NCBI GenBank assembly: GCA_010093605.1
Contig: MU004190.1
Location: 1,178,001 to 1,242,000 of the forward strand
Origin: Lophium mytilinum
Lineage: Eukaryota
Direction of reading: 5' to 3'
DNA: 64,000 nt
Below the pieces are notes generated by a model. It saw only the letters and a program-made list of their open reading frames with translations. It did not search any database and was not told the origin of the DNA. Positions within the stretch are counted from its first letter, which is position 1. The number at the start of each line of letters is the position of its first letter. A program made the translations under genes and the position numbers. Below are positions 13,711-26,533 of the stretch, piece after piece.

Positions 13711-14346
13711 ATGGGCATCTGCTCGTCCTGCATCGGACGACGGGCCTCGCAGTCTGATGTACGTCCTGCTCGCTCTCGTATTCTCCCCTCTGTACCGCCT
13801 AGCTCTCCAGTGTGCTGACACTCTCCCTTGCCGCAGCGGTCTGACAGCTCTCACCTCCTCATCGACCCGTACCAGCCTCACTATGGCAGCATGCACACAT
13901 CGGGACCGCATGGCGGGCCCCAGCCGGATCCGGAAGAGATACGGCGCCAGCGCGACACGTTAGAACGGATATGCGCCCAGACCTCCGAGTGCGTCTCCTC
14001 CCTCTGCTCGCTCGCCCTAGTCACTAATCTCCTATCCCTTGACAGCAAGCTGATCGACGTCTCACAATCGGCGTACACGGAGGAAGGGTCCAAGATGACT
14101 TCGGAGTACCCCCGCTTGTTCATGGAGCGCTTTCCCCCGCCAAAGGCTGCCGTCGATAGCAGACCCTCGTCCTCCGGCACCGGCGGCGCAGAGCAGGACG
14201 AAACAACCTGGCTGATGAATACAATTGGTGGCGGCGACGGTGAAGAACCTAGCTGGGACCGCGTCGAGCCCATCGATGGTGGTACCCTCACAGTGCAGTT
14301 CGACGAAGCACTTGGACTTGACAGGAGACAGGGAGGAAGATCATGA
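13711..14346 (+). CDS. LAMTOR1/Ego1(Meh1)-like vacuolar TORC1/EGO anchor protein
   Basis: Exon 1 13711-13758 MGICSSCIGRRASQSD (myristoylation plus palmitoylation signature). Introns 13759-13836 and 13989-14045. Followed by SDSSHLL and DPEEIRRQRDTLERICAQTSDKLIDV, matching the LAMTOR pattern. Confidence 0.75.
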
Positions 14347-14971
14347 TGGCCGACTGCTACGGTGTCGCTGGATACCTGTTGCGTTGTGATAATCACCTGA
14401 GTGCCAGCCGCCTTCATCATTACACTTTCTTTTTGATACCCCTAGGTCACACTACTTAATCTTTCTTTTAATTGCGATCATTCTGAGCCATCATTTCAGG
14501 CGTCCAGGTTTCTTTTGTCAGCACTAGGCATTTCCCGGCGTCCTGCGTTGTTATGTCTCTGCAGGATGATTTCATTTACTCATTAGCCAATGGCATGCAT
14601 CTGGCCATACAATCTCATAAATCATTCCATACAAATGACACCATTCAGCGGAAATGTCACAAGTCTTCAAAGATATTGCATTCGTGCTACTTTGTCACTC
14701 GTACCTGAATCATGACTTAGACATGAGGCTCCCGCATCCGGCCTCTTGTCAGTACGCCACAGGTACGATGTCTGAGATTGGTCTGTGTTCCCTTACTAAC
14801 CTACTTAATAAAGCAATTCGCCACTCAATGAGACGTTTCAACAGAGCATCTGGCGTGATGTCGAGCGTGGTACCAACTGAGTCAATTCCTCCATCATCGG
14901 TAACAGTCCCAAGACATCAACACCCGGTAGCAGAATTCAAATCAAGATACCAGTAAGCTAAATATAACTCC

Positions 14972-15622
14972 TGTTTACCACTGCTTGGGGTACCCCCATA
15001 CATTTCGAAAAGTGTGGGCGCGATGTCAAGTTTCGAGCAATGAAAATCAGACTATTCCTTGGCTCATTGGCTAGTGACTAGCTGGGCCACTCCTCGCAGT
15101 GGTGTCCAGAGAGCAAATTGGAGCCAAGCAGTCACAGATCCGCGTGTTCCAGAATTTCGAAGATCTCAAGCACACACGTTTACCACTGCTTGGGGTACCC
15201 CAATACGTTTCGCAAGTCCGAGCGCAATGTCAAGTTTCAAGCAATGCAAATCAGACTATTCTTTGACTCATTGGCTACAGACTAGCTGGGCTACTCCTCA
15301 CAGTGGTGTCTAGAGAGCAATATTGAAGCCAACAGTCGCGGATCTGCGTGCTGCAGAACTTCGAAGATCTCAGGCGATGTCAATTTTCCAAGCAATGCAG
15401 ATCGGACTACTTTTTAACTTATTGGCTACTGAATAGCCGGGCTACTCCTCACAGTGGTATCCGGAGAGCAAGATCGGAGCCAAGCAGTCACAGATCCGTG
15501 TGTCACACGGTTTCGAAGCTCTAAGGCCATGTCGATTTTTAGGCAGTAGAAATTAGACTCCCTATTGTCTAGTTGGCTTCTCGGCAGCCGGGCTACCCCC
15601 TACAGTGGTGTCGAGTGAGCAG
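14972..15622 (+). repeat. Tandem array of four diverged MITE internal cores lacking TIRs
   Basis: Anchor CAGTGGT at 15097, 15301, 15452 and 15603 (spacing 204, 151, 151). Shares CCACTGCTTGGGGTACCCC, GATGTCAAGTTTCAAGCA and GAGCCAAGCAGTCAC with the dispersed MITE copies. Confidence 0.9.
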
Positions 15623-15680
15623 CAACACTCCACAGCATCGCCAATTTGCCCTCTACCGAACACATCCTAGCCCTTCCCTC

Positions 15681-16973
15681 TCAGTTCAGAACCCATGGAT
15701 TTGTAGCTGAGGTCCCAGTCTTCATACCCTCCTGAAGTCTCCGCTTCCTAAGCTTCAGCTCAGCAACCCTAGCTCTAGCTTCCGCCTCTTCGATCTCCAA
15801 GTCCAAGAGACCTTCGTTCCTCGACAGCAGAGAATGAATCGAGGGCTTCACATCTGCTTCCGCCTTAACGACAGCCTCGGATGGGACACTGTTCTCCAAC
15901 TGGGCGGGGATATCTGGTCCATGCCGAAGGCCAGTCTGATGAAGAAAGTGGCTGGCCGGGGGGATTTCAGACAGTAGCCGTGGGGGGGCATGAGTCGCTC
16001 CAGTAACTAAGCCCTCAAATTGGTTCACATGTTCGAGCCGGGTATCCGCAGCACTGGTCTGACTTCTCACTATGTTGGTGTGTGTAGTAGTAGGAGTGAA
16101 GCGGTTCCGCATCGGAGGGTGAGCTTGAGTGTTATCGGTACCTCTCACTATCTCGGTGTGTGCGGCAGTGGGGGTGAAGCGGTTAGACATTAAAGGGCGG
16201 GCTTGAGTGTCGGTAATACCTCTCACTGTCTCAGTGTATGCGGTAGTAAGAGTGAAGCCGTTCGGCCCTAAAGTAAAGCCGTTCGGCCCAAAAGTAAAGC
16301 CGTTCGGCATCAAAGGGCGGGCTTGAGTAATGTTGTCGATAGTAGTATTGCGGCGTTAGATGAGGCTTGCTCCGAGCGGCCCGAAGGTAGTCGTCTGCAT
16401 TCCCAGAGTTCTAGCATTCTTAGAACGTGGATCGGCCTCCTCCACTCCCCCAGCGGCTTTTCTCTTGAGCGGCTGGGCGCCCATCCCATTTATGAGTCGG
16501 TTTCGCTTATCCTCCAGATCCTCGATATCCAGGTTTTCCTCCTCATCTTCGTCGAGCGCATGCTGGCTAACCACTTCACCTTTACAAAGCTGTATAACAC
16601 GCTCCACATCGCTGGGTAGAATGTAATTTTTACGGGACTTAACCGTAACATGCTTAACTACTTTGCCAGCTCGCCTATCTAAGACGGCTGTCTTTAGGAG
16701 ATCCTAAGCTTTCTTCAAGTTCCCTTTTGTGAGCTGCGAAAGCTTAGAGAGCTCTCGGAGGGTTACTAAGGACCATAAACGCGGATTATCCTGCGGGACA
16801 GCTCCTTGGAGGCCGGCACCGCCCTCTTTCACCAGCGGTCTGAGACTCCTCGGGATCGCGTCGGCCAGATTCAAGACGTTCTAATTGGTCTTCATGGTGT
16901 CGGTCAACCTGGTAAGCTCTCGCTAATAAGCTGGAGATAGCTCCTCGTAAGGCTACTGCCGTCTTGGAGCCAT
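15681..16973 (-). pseudogene. RIP-like inactivated gene (431 codons, five in-frame stops, no frameshift), family unknown
   Basis: One frame from ATG 16973 (MAPRRQ*PYEELSPAY*REL...) through ORFs 16356-16607 and 15681-16313. The stops are four TAG and one TAA. Contains GPNGFTL repeats, three ~25-aa repeats and a C-terminal coiled coil. Confidence 0.8.
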
Positions 16974-17399
16974 CTGGATATTATTAGTCGGCGAGGAGCT
17001 TAGGATTTCCAGTAGTGGGAAACAAACCTTTAAAGAATTACACAATGCTTTAGGTTAAGTGGTGTGTAAGCGGTTCTGGAGGATATAGAGGTCTTACATC
17101 TATACTTGTATAAGAAGGTGAGGAATCGGAATTTGCGAAGTGAGAGTATGTAGTAAACAAGTGAGCCGATCGGGAATAAGCTTATCCGCTCCCGGACTAG
17201 CGCGGGTGCACATCCCTCACTTGTCGACATGAGCGTGGCAAGATAGTCAAATATTTCACTTGCTATACATCACCACCATTTGCTTTTACTGATCTCTAGG
17301 CGGCTAAAGGATCGAGAGGGTAGAGCTAAGAGACGAGGACAATCTCTAGGAAACGCAGCAGAAAATAGAGGTTGCGACAATGTTCTCATTTGTTTCTTA

Positions 17400-17632
17400 C
17401 AGCAATAGGCCATACCCAAGTCAGTCCGAGCATACTGGTCTGCCACTGCTTAGGGTACCCCGCAGAATTTCCAAGATCGAGCGGCGATGTTAATGTTCCA
17501 GCCGAACAGATTAGACTATCTGTTGACTGATTAGCTGTTCGGCAGCCAGGGCACCTCCGACAGTGGTGTCGAGTAAGCAAATTGGACTTAAGTAGAGAAG
17601 AGTCTACGTGCTATACTTGTGGCTTAGGACTG
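17400..17632 (+). mobile_element. Tc1/mariner-type MITE, full-length copy
   Basis: TA|CAGCAATAGGCCATA...CGTGCTATACTTGTGGCTTAGGACTG|TA; shared internal core CCACTGCTTAGGGTACCCC...CAGTGGTGTC. Confidence 0.85.
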
Positions 17633-17974
17633 TATAAAAAAGAATTGCGTAAGTTTCTCGGGCGCGGGAACATGAGCAAAAAGTCAAAGCATAAGACATG
17701 TACTTCACGCTCATGATTGAGAGACCCTTTAGTCAGGCGGTGCTCTCAACCGCTTACGTGGCGCAGGTGGCCTTGACAAGCATCTGAAACGCTGCGCATC
17801 ACGTGCCGCAGGCAGCAACATTTTGCCATAAGATTCAGGATTTTCCAACGTTGACCTCGTGAATCATCACAGTTCACTCTATAGGCGCAAAGAAACCTCC
17901 AACGTCGTAGTTACTTTGCCAGCGTCGCTACTACCGTTATCAATCCGAACCCATTCTCCTACCCAATCGGAGAA

Positions 17975-19353
17975 ATGACTCGGTTTAGCGACCTCAATGA
18001 CGACGTTCTACACGAAATAATCGGATGGCTTCAACTCATGAAAGAGATGGACCCTTCCGCTGCTATCTCACTTCCTCAACTTGCTCTCGTATGCTCAAGA
18101 TTTGGATTTTTGGTGCCACGCCATCTTGTGAAAGCTGTGAACATCCGGATTACAGTTCCCGGTGAACAAAAGTTCTTGTTACTCAGGCGCACACTGAAAG
18201 AGAAGCCAGGTCTTAGAGCACTGGTGCGAAATATGCAGCTCACGCTTGGGTATGGAGAGCAAATAATGTCTTGGGCAAACGAGTTGCTTCAACAACTCCC
18301 CAACCTCGTGTACCTTGAGATCCAGCGCCCAATAGGGGTCACTGAGATGTGGCCGAGGTTTTTCGAGTTCTCGCCCGAATTCTTCCGAATCAACAAACTG
18401 GAAAAGCTCCGCCGAGTTAACTACGAACGCGGCACGGTAGACTTTGGGATGCTCTTGAAGTGCATGTCGCTTTCTAGTATTGAACGAATTGACTGCTCCA
18501 TTGAAAATGAATGGACTACCAGGAGCCCTCCGCTAGCTTCAGATGCAACCTCATTCATACAACAGCCCTTTCGAGTCAGAACGCTAAACCTCAACGATTC
18601 AACTATCTCAGTCAATTATCTATTCCGAGATTTGCTTGAGCAGTGTCGGTACCTTCAACATTGTACCGGCGCTATGCCCGTTGTGCACCACCCTCTCATT
18701 CCCCGATTCGTTTTATTCTCCGCTGCAAACCTAGAGCTAGCCTTGACTCCGACAACAGATACTCTGGTGTCCCTCGATTTACTCAACTTGCAAAGTCAAA
18801 CACGGTGGGAGAATACCAGGTTCGATGGGACTCAGCTGAACTTGAACATGTTTTCATCCTTGGAAAGCATCAAGCTTCCAGCTTACTGCTTCTTTGACAG
18901 CCTGGTCCCACACGACTCTCGTAACGGGACATATGCGCGATTCCCTTTTTCCATGACAGACCTTAATGTGAGTCCACTCCTGTCTTTCTCCCAGGCTCAG
19001 AAACGTCAATGTAAAGCCCTGATATCTGATGGCTGGCTCGTTAACTTACTAACTGCATCACGACTCAGCTGTATTTTGGACAAGATAGGAGTATACTTCA
19101 CGCCAACGACCAGGAACGTTCCAAGCTGCGAAGCGGAGATGCCGCGTTTGAGCCATGGACTTACGCATGGATCATGGAGTTCGCGTACCACAAGGCCACA
19201 TGCTTCCCAAAGCTACACAGCTTGACTCTGGAAGAAGAATTGACAAAACCGGACATGAGCTTAGCACGATGGACGAATGAAGACGCCGTGAAGGTATGGA
19301 GCTCTGTGGGTACCAATTGCAACGTCCTATTCAGGCAAGAATACATGCCGTAG
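17975..19353 (+). CDS. F-box-like / leucine-rich-repeat-like hypothetical protein
   Basis: N-terminal FSDLNDDVLHEII...LALVCSRF, LRR-like segments (LPNLVYLEI, FSSLESIKLP). Intron 18968-19068 (GTGAGT...CTAAC...CAG) gives an in-frame last exon ending RQEYMP*. Confidence 0.7.
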
Positions 19354-19398
19354 TGATAGAGTTGGAAGACAGCCCCGAACCGCGACGGTAGCCATGCG

Positions 19399-20114
19399 TC
19401 AAGTCTGAAGCGGCACGCTCAGCTGTGGTTTCCTCAACGTCACCGTGTACTCATGCCTCCACTTCTCCGTCGGAAAATCCACCTCTTCTACAATCTCAAA
19501 CCCGTATCGTTGATACAGCGGGAGCCCCATCGGCGAGGATTCCACCCAGATCGGAATGAACAACCTATCCGCAATCTCCAGCCCATACTTGATGATCATG
19601 CTCGCACAGCCTCTCCTCGCATAGTCGGGATCGGTATTTAGATCATGTAGAACTGCAATCAAAATCAGCGTTGCATTTCTCAACCCGAGCCACTCGTTTC
19701 CTAAAACTCACCCATGTGTGCATGCCCATCCGTATACCTCTCCCTCCGCGCCACGAAATCTTCCAAAATCGTCTCCGCACACTTCCGCTCCACACTACCC
19801 TCCGGATAATATGGTGCAGTAGCCCAATGCTTTGGTCCTTGCGGCGCATCTACCCAATTCACAACAATACCCCAAACGCCCACCGCTACTATTTTTCCAG
19901 TGTCGGTGTCGGTCACTTTCAGCTGCAAGATCGTGGGATTAGCGGTCCGGCTTTTGAGCACGCGCTCTTCGGCCGCTTTGCGCAGCTCGGGCGTGTTGCA
20001 GGGGCCGAAGAGAGCGGCGTGGGCGGCGTAGCCTGAGGCGCGGAAGGCTTTGAGCTCGACGCCGATCATTTCGGGGATGTCGGTTAGCGGGGCGCGGGAG
20101 AGAACTAGAGGCAT
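19399..20114 (-). CDS. GNAT-family N-acetyltransferase
   Basis: Two exons, intron 19653-19711; motif A TDPDYARRGCASMII and motif B ESSPMGLPLYQRYGF. Confidence 0.9.
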
Positions 20115-20533
20115 TTTGATTATTCGGTCTTGATTTAATGTATGAAATGAGTAATATAAATTGGTAAAGTCGGAGGAACTCTAGGAGGGGAAGTGGTGAG
20201 ATCGGAGGTAGCTTATGTTTAAGTAACAACGCGAAGTTGAATTAGGCAAACACCATGTTTATAAATACGGATATGCAGTGGTAGCGCCTCAACCGCCGTT
20301 AATATGTAGGAGATGCTGTATATCACGCATGAACATGCGGGGCAGATGATACCGTTTGCCGGTTTTCGTTTAGCGTGTTAGCAACTTTAGCGGGGCAGAG
20401 AGGGAATCGAATTCGGATTTCGACTATTAATAGGCGAAACAGATAAGCAACAGAAAGCTGGAGGATCGCTTTTCGCTATACAAGCCTGATCTGGGTGTTC
20501 GCCCCTACCATGCCCCAATCGGGACGGCCAAGC

Positions 20534-23492
20534 CTAGGGCACATCCTTCTTTGTAGCTACGTCGAGCCAACAGCCCCCTCTCTTTAGTCCTTTGGGACCT
20601 TCCTTCAAGTCGCAAGGATCGCTTTGCGAACACCAGGAATCATTGCGCCAGATACCGACCATCCACGTCCCTTCAGCCAGCATTTTCTCTATGACGCGCC
20701 GATCCATCCAGAAGGCTGCCTCTTTGGCCTTGTTCTTGACCACTTTGGTGAACTGGAACACGCTGACGACAACGATTCCTTCCTCTCGAAACCTCTTGAC
20801 GGCTGGGGTCTGTATGCTGTTATCGTCGTCAAGCAGGGCCTGTCTTAGATTCATGGTTTCGCCATCGGGCCAGATGCTGTCGTTAAAGAGCACTAGAATG
20901 AAATGTGGCACGTCAGGCCAAAAGGGCGTGGCGCCCTTCACAGGCACCTTGTGACGGTAGATGTCACCCAGGTTGGGAAGATCTGGGACGGAGAATCCAA
21001 ACGGCATCAGAGGTAACCAAATGGCGGTTTGGGTTCGCATATCTGCGACGAATGGTGCTACTGTAGTAGTCCTGATAGGGCGGTTGACTTTTGTCTCTGC
21101 AATATTTAGGGGACACGAGCGAGGCGGACGTGCTCTAGTCGTTATCTTGCCACTCAGAATGTTTGACAGTATTGCCGCGAGCCAGTGCGCAGGGTAACCT
21201 ATCTCGGAGAGATGGATGAGCAATTTGAACATAATTGATACGTTGTGCGGCGAGTAAATTAAGGATCGGTTATTGGACTCTGTGAGCGCTCGTGGATATG
21301 GGATCGTGATCTTCATGAAGATCGAGTAGACCCATTTCTCGAGGCTTGGGCGCTCCATGAGATCGGCGAACTTCATCCTTTTCTGGTCCGGGCGCTTCCA
21401 GCATGCGTAGCGGGAAAGGTCAAATTTCACTTTGTCATCCCTTGGCTCCAAAATGTTTCTAGTCTTCTCCACTTTCATCGTCTTGAGCAGATCCTTAGAG
21501 TCGTACAAACACAGATTCTCGTTAAAAAACGTATCGAAGTTCTTTGTATCCCCATAAGCAGGGTTGTTGCGAAGGACATTTGACGTGATATACGGGTCCC
21601 TATCAGGATCGTTGACTGGAATCGAATAGAGGAACGTCGTGAGGGGTCCTCCGACATAGTCTCTGCACAGCCGGTCCGTCAGCGCATCGGATGTAGGCGA
21701 AGTAAAATAAGACGGGGATGACGGTGCTTACGGGATATTGCTGAGATGGATCCTGTCGTATCGCCAAGGGTAGGAGGCAGGATTTACCAAGTCTATGGTT
21801 TTTGACCTACGATGCGGAAGAGTTTTGTATTTAAGATGCTCCAAAATCTGGGTAGCTTCCCCGGTGATAAGTTCAATGACGATCCGATCTCTGAGGGAAG
21901 ATATGGCTTGGGAAAGCTCGACGAAAAAGCCCTTCCAATAGTCAAATAACTGATGGAGCTCTTTCGGTGGAACATGCCACAGCTGCGCTCCCAATACACG
22001 AAATGGATTATACATGAGATCCATCTCAAAAGGTGGAGAAATGGCATCAATGTCTACTAGAGTGACATTCGGTTTCCAATTTTGTGCAAGATATTCAGAG
22101 AAGGTGACAAGAGCAGTGTCGGACTCCTCTGAGTCATTGACGCTGTGCTTCAATGCGTCGACGAATGAACGTTCACGGTCAGTGAGTAGGGTGGGTGGGG
22201 GTAGAAGCATCGCGCTTGAGCCATAGTAGCGGTGCTCCAACTCGCAACCATCGGGAACCGGATCATCAAACGATTCGAAGCCCTTCGCTGCAATCGTAGC
22301 CATTTTTGCAGTTGTACAAGCTGCGGCTGTGTTCAGTTGCCAGGATTTGAGGGCGTCGACCAGAGCCGGCCTGTCGAGTTCGTATATAGTGATCCATTTA
22401 GGTGGGGTTCGACGACCCTCCAAAATATCGATTGCCAATGTGATGGTCTTTTGTAGCTGTTGATGCGCATAAACTGGCATTATAGGTGCCACGAAAACGT
22501 AGAACGCTGTGGAATTGATTTGCTGTGCAGTGTCGGAACTCCTATTTGCAGGTAATCGGTTTATCAGAAGCAGCATGATGAGCAACCTAGCCATAGTGGG
22601 AGCTTTCAAATCAACGCAAGTGAAATGATATTTCGGTGTGCGCATGTTTTTCTTCATTTGTTCTTCCCACAAAGTTACGGCTGCAATAGTTGTGTAGAGG
22701 TGTCTTGCGTCCCCGATACCACCAAACATGGCCGTAAGCGTCTCCTTGAATGGCGGATCCATCATGATGGCAGGATCCAACAAGGGTGAGCAGTCATCGT
22801 GGCCGACATTATAATATTCCGGTCGGGATAGCCTAGATGTGTAAGTGGAAGAAGATGCTGAAGATCCGCCCAGCCCAAACGTAAACATCAAGCATAGACT
22901 CGTGCTTGTCTAGGAAAGCATGTGCTACTCACATCGAGGGCATGTAGCGTGGTAAGATCTGGGTGACATTTGATGCGTAAGTGAACATCCCTTGCGGCGC
23001 TCTCGTCTCGATGTCTTTCTCAACTCGAATGGCGTGTTCCAGGGCAGACTTCAGCCCGTCATCATCCGTGACCGCAAGTTCTCGACTTGCTTTCTCCGCT
23101 TCCTTCCATCTATCGGCATGCATGTGAGCCTTGGATATTCTTGTCCAGAGCCTGGCTCGCAAAGGGTCATCCGGTGATTTCAGAAGCTGGAGAGCAGCCT
23201 CCGCTGACTTGATTGAATTGTCATATTCGCCAGTTTCAAAGTAGCTGGCACTCAAGTTGGAAAGAGGTCGGGCATCTTCGGGACTTGCACTACAGGCTCT
23301 CTTGTACGCGTCGATCGCTGAAGACAGTCTATAAGAAAGGAGGCTACGAGGGTAAGAAACACAAAGACGGTCTTGGGTACCTTGTATGAGTTTACCACCC
23401 TTGTAAAGCGCATTTCCCCGTTCGCGATGGTCAGTCAAATCGGTCACCTGCTTGGACCTGTTTGGTAGAGAAGGACTTCGGGCGTCACCCAT
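20534..23492 (-). CDS. TPR-repeat plus DUF4470-like domain protein
   Basis: TPR motifs RERGNALYKGG and PLSNLSASYFETGEY; EYYNVGHD, FGGIGDARHLYTT and YDRIHLSNIPDYVGG. Three GT-AG introns join the ORFs in frame. Confidence 0.85.
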
Positions 23493-23987
23493 GATGCAAA
23501 AGAGATAGTAGGCGGAAGTTTTAACCTAGAAATGAGTCTAAGAGGACAGGAACATACTCCTCGCGTACAACAACGTATCGGGAAAGGGTACTCCGGCGAT
23601 GATGAGGATGGGGTGGAAATAAGGTTGGGAGCGGCGGTGAGATAGTGGGCTAGATTTGCTAGCCTCTTGTAGCGCACGCTAATTCCAACGCGTGTTCCCG
23701 TGATCTACGCCCCTTTTTAAAGCTCAGATTAGATCTCCAGTCTATCCTTTGTCACTCCCTTTCACGGCATCTGTACTCGTTCTTTCCATTGGCGTCGTAT
23801 TTGCCAAATTTCGTTCATGTAATACCATAGAATCCATGCTTCCATTCACCCGTATGTACCCCCCCCACCAAACATCAATCGACGAAAATCATCAATAATC
23901 GCCAATCGATTATTGGGGGGTCGCACATATGCTCCTTCCTCTGCACTCTTGCATATACCGGTATCACAAATCGCGTCCCAAAGTTGA

Positions 23988-24842
23988 TCACTTCCTGCCC
24001 GTCGAAACAACGAAGACACCCTTCAACTTCTTCGGGCTCTTTGGATGCCGCTCAATCGCGAGCCTAATCCACTCCTCCTCGAACCGATCAAGCTCCTCCT
24101 CCGTATAGCCTCCAATGTAGAGATTAGCAGCCGGATTCTTCGCCCTCACAAACCCATTGAAGTACGGAGCCGGGTCATCAATAGCCATGAATGCCTCCTG
24201 GATCTCAAACGTGCTGTCCTTGAACCCAGCCTGCTCGAACATCTTCTTGATGCCCTCCATGCTCAACCACGATTCCGGAAACAACGAAGCGGGCGCCGTA
24301 TTCCCTTTCGTGTTCTCGGCAGCTAACTTCATGAGATCCATCCACTCGAGATTTGTCCAGGTGCTCATGCAAACCACGCCGCCGGGCTTGAGCACGCGAT
24401 ACGCCGCTTGTAGAGCCTTTTGGCTATCGGGAATGAGGTTGTAGACCAGACTACCCATGACATGGCTGATTGAAGAGTCGTCAATGCCGGCTAGGTCTTC
24501 TGCGTTCGATACCAGCGGTTCGATCCGGTTCCAGAGCGGATCTGTTGCTGTTTTCTTCCGTTCTTCGAGCTGCTCGATCATGCCGGTGCTAAAGTCCGAC
24601 GCTATGAGACGCGCATCCGGGGGGATCTGGGAGCCGAGTTGTCGTATCAGCATGCCAATGGTCGTTCCTGGGCCGCAGCCGACGTCTAGAATGACAGTCG
24701 CTTCGGATATTGAGAGCGCGTCGTTGAGGGTCTTGACAAGCACCACGCTCGGACGAGTAATCGGAGACTCGTCATCCTGAGGAAGAGCGTTGTAGTGTTT
24801 GGCGTTCGCGCTCCAGTCGTCGCCTTTCTGTTCGAAGGCCAT
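23988..24842 (-). CDS. Class I SAM-dependent methyltransferase (284 aa)
   Basis: ILDVGCGPG motif I, ASDFSTGMI, YRVLKPGG; intronless ORF. Confidence 0.92.
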   Translation of the reverse strand: MAFEQKGDDWSANAKHYNALPQDDESPITRPSVVLVKTLNDALSISEATVILDVGCGPGTTIGMLIRQLGSQIPPDARLIASDFSTGMIEQLEERKKTATDPLWNRIEPLVSNAEDLAGIDDSSISHVMGSLVYNLIPDSQKALQAAYRVLKPGGVVCMSTWTNLEWMDLMKLAAENTKGNTAPASLFPESWLSMEGIKKMFEQAGFKDSTFEIQEAFMAIDDPAPYFNGFVRAKNPAANLYIGGYTEEELDRFEEEWIRLAIERHPKSPKKLKGVFVVSTGRK

Positions 24843-25539
24843 GGCGACAGTGAATGACGGTGAGTATAAGAGTTGCTGGTGGATTGAAGTTGAGCCAAAC
24901 GAAGTAGAAATTGGTTTAGATACCGAGAGGTTACAGCAGCCGCCTTTTTATAGTATGGAGAACGGAGACATCCGGAGCTTTTGCGGAGAGATTTATGATC
25001 CCTGTGATCAATTAGCTCAGATCCGCCAAAAGAGGTAGGCGATGCGATGGTACTAACAGGTTGGAAGCTTTTGCCTGTTAGTTGTAGACGTGTAGAAGGA
25101 AGTTGCTGTGTAGGTCTTGAGGTGGTCGTCGGTGCTACGCCGCTCGTCGCCGCAATTGCTCCGCTATTTTCTAACCAACGACAAAATCCGCCCTCGAGCT
25201 AGGTAGCTAGACAATAAAAGAGTCCTCATGACCGATAACATATCTCTATATTTCCAAACAAGTTATTAGAATGAAGTCGGTTATTCAAAGAGTGTCATAG
25301 TCACGTGATCTCATTCCGTTCCCCGCCTTCCTTACTATCACCTTCTATTCCCAAAAAGGAATTCGAAGACCAGCAGTAAGGACATTTGATCCGTCAACCT
25401 ACCCAGCGGTACAGAAGAGTCAATGTTTCGGACGTCATTCCCTCGCCCCCGGACGGGCTTGAACGGCGCTAACTCGACCACTGGGCAGGCCTAAAGACCA
25501 ACTGAACGTTGTACCAGAGCCCGAGAATTCGAGGTTGCT

Positions 25540-25920
25540 AAGCAATATAACTATTATATATCCTTTAAATCCCCGTTTCACTACCTATACCCCCTTGCTT
25601 CAGCCCAACAACTCAAACTTCCAGCTAGCGAACAAAGTCCATCTGAACACCGTTGTGCGCTGGGAGAAATAGTGAAAATTTAGCAAGTAGAGTGCCGAGC
25701 ATCTAGTATCTTTCTATTTAGATCTTTATATACTAGTTTACCTTAATATACACTTCTACACTCTATTAGAAATACCTTTCTAACTCTACACGTATAATAA
25801 TTTTAACTCACGTGTTAGTACCTGGCATTCACGTGCTACCTTTTAGTGCCCTACTATTTAAAGATTTTCTAGAATTTCTTTCCTCTCCTAAGAAAATGGT
25901 AAAGGTGCTACCTTAAGAAG
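25540..25920. other. AT-rich, TpA-rich tract, probable RIP-degenerated repeat relic
   Basis: Abrupt GC drop with dense TA/TAG/TAA (e.g. tttctatttagatctttatatactagttta); no ORF. Confidence 0.5.
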
Positions 25921-26533
25921 AAGCACTGCTGCTGTATCTAGTTCATGGTGAGAGATCCTTTGAACTAGATTCTAGTGGCATTCATATGGCTGCAGAGTGG
26001 TTATCATGGGGCTAGTTGAGCCACGTAGTGTTTTGTGGTAATGGTTCCATTGGGGATAATTAGTGATTAGCACGTTTGTATAGAAGCGGTGGTGATTGTC
26101 AGTGATGGAAAGTGCGGGCTTCTTCCATCGGCCATGCAGGAGTCAGATCTCCAATTTTATTCGCTATACCCTACATTCCTGCATATGAACCGTCAATCGA
26201 GAACGTATCATCTTCACACTCAGACTTGATTCCTGCACCTAATATCTGGGCTCAAGACGTCCTACGAAGTACTTAGAGATTCCACCCATCCCCCAACCCC
26301 CATCCTGCTCGCCCGACGCCGCTGTGAGGAGGACCCCCGGGAGCTAGTACTGGCCTCGTCAAAGTGTAGCCCAATTCCCACTCTATTGACCTTTCCATCG
26401 TATTCCAAGTTCCAAAAGCCTATCAAGCCACCCCATACAGTTGCAAGGAGCCTACATCATGCGTCACCGGATCTCCCTTCTCACTCTCACATGCTACACC
26501 GAATCCCAATCTTTCCTTTATCCCTTCGTCCTC

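Noticed and set aside
14972..15622. Array as CRISPR or as a coding repeat (similar FKQC peptides in ORFs at 15059, 27984, 42374)
   Set aside because: Eukaryotic context with no unique spacers; indels and stops between copies show the peptides are by-products of the non-coding MITE.
23893..23915. Perfect 9-bp hairpin CAATAATCG/CGATTATTG in the methyltransferase 3' flank
   Set aside because: Short single hairpin, plausible by chance; intrinsic terminators do not apply to Pol II genes.
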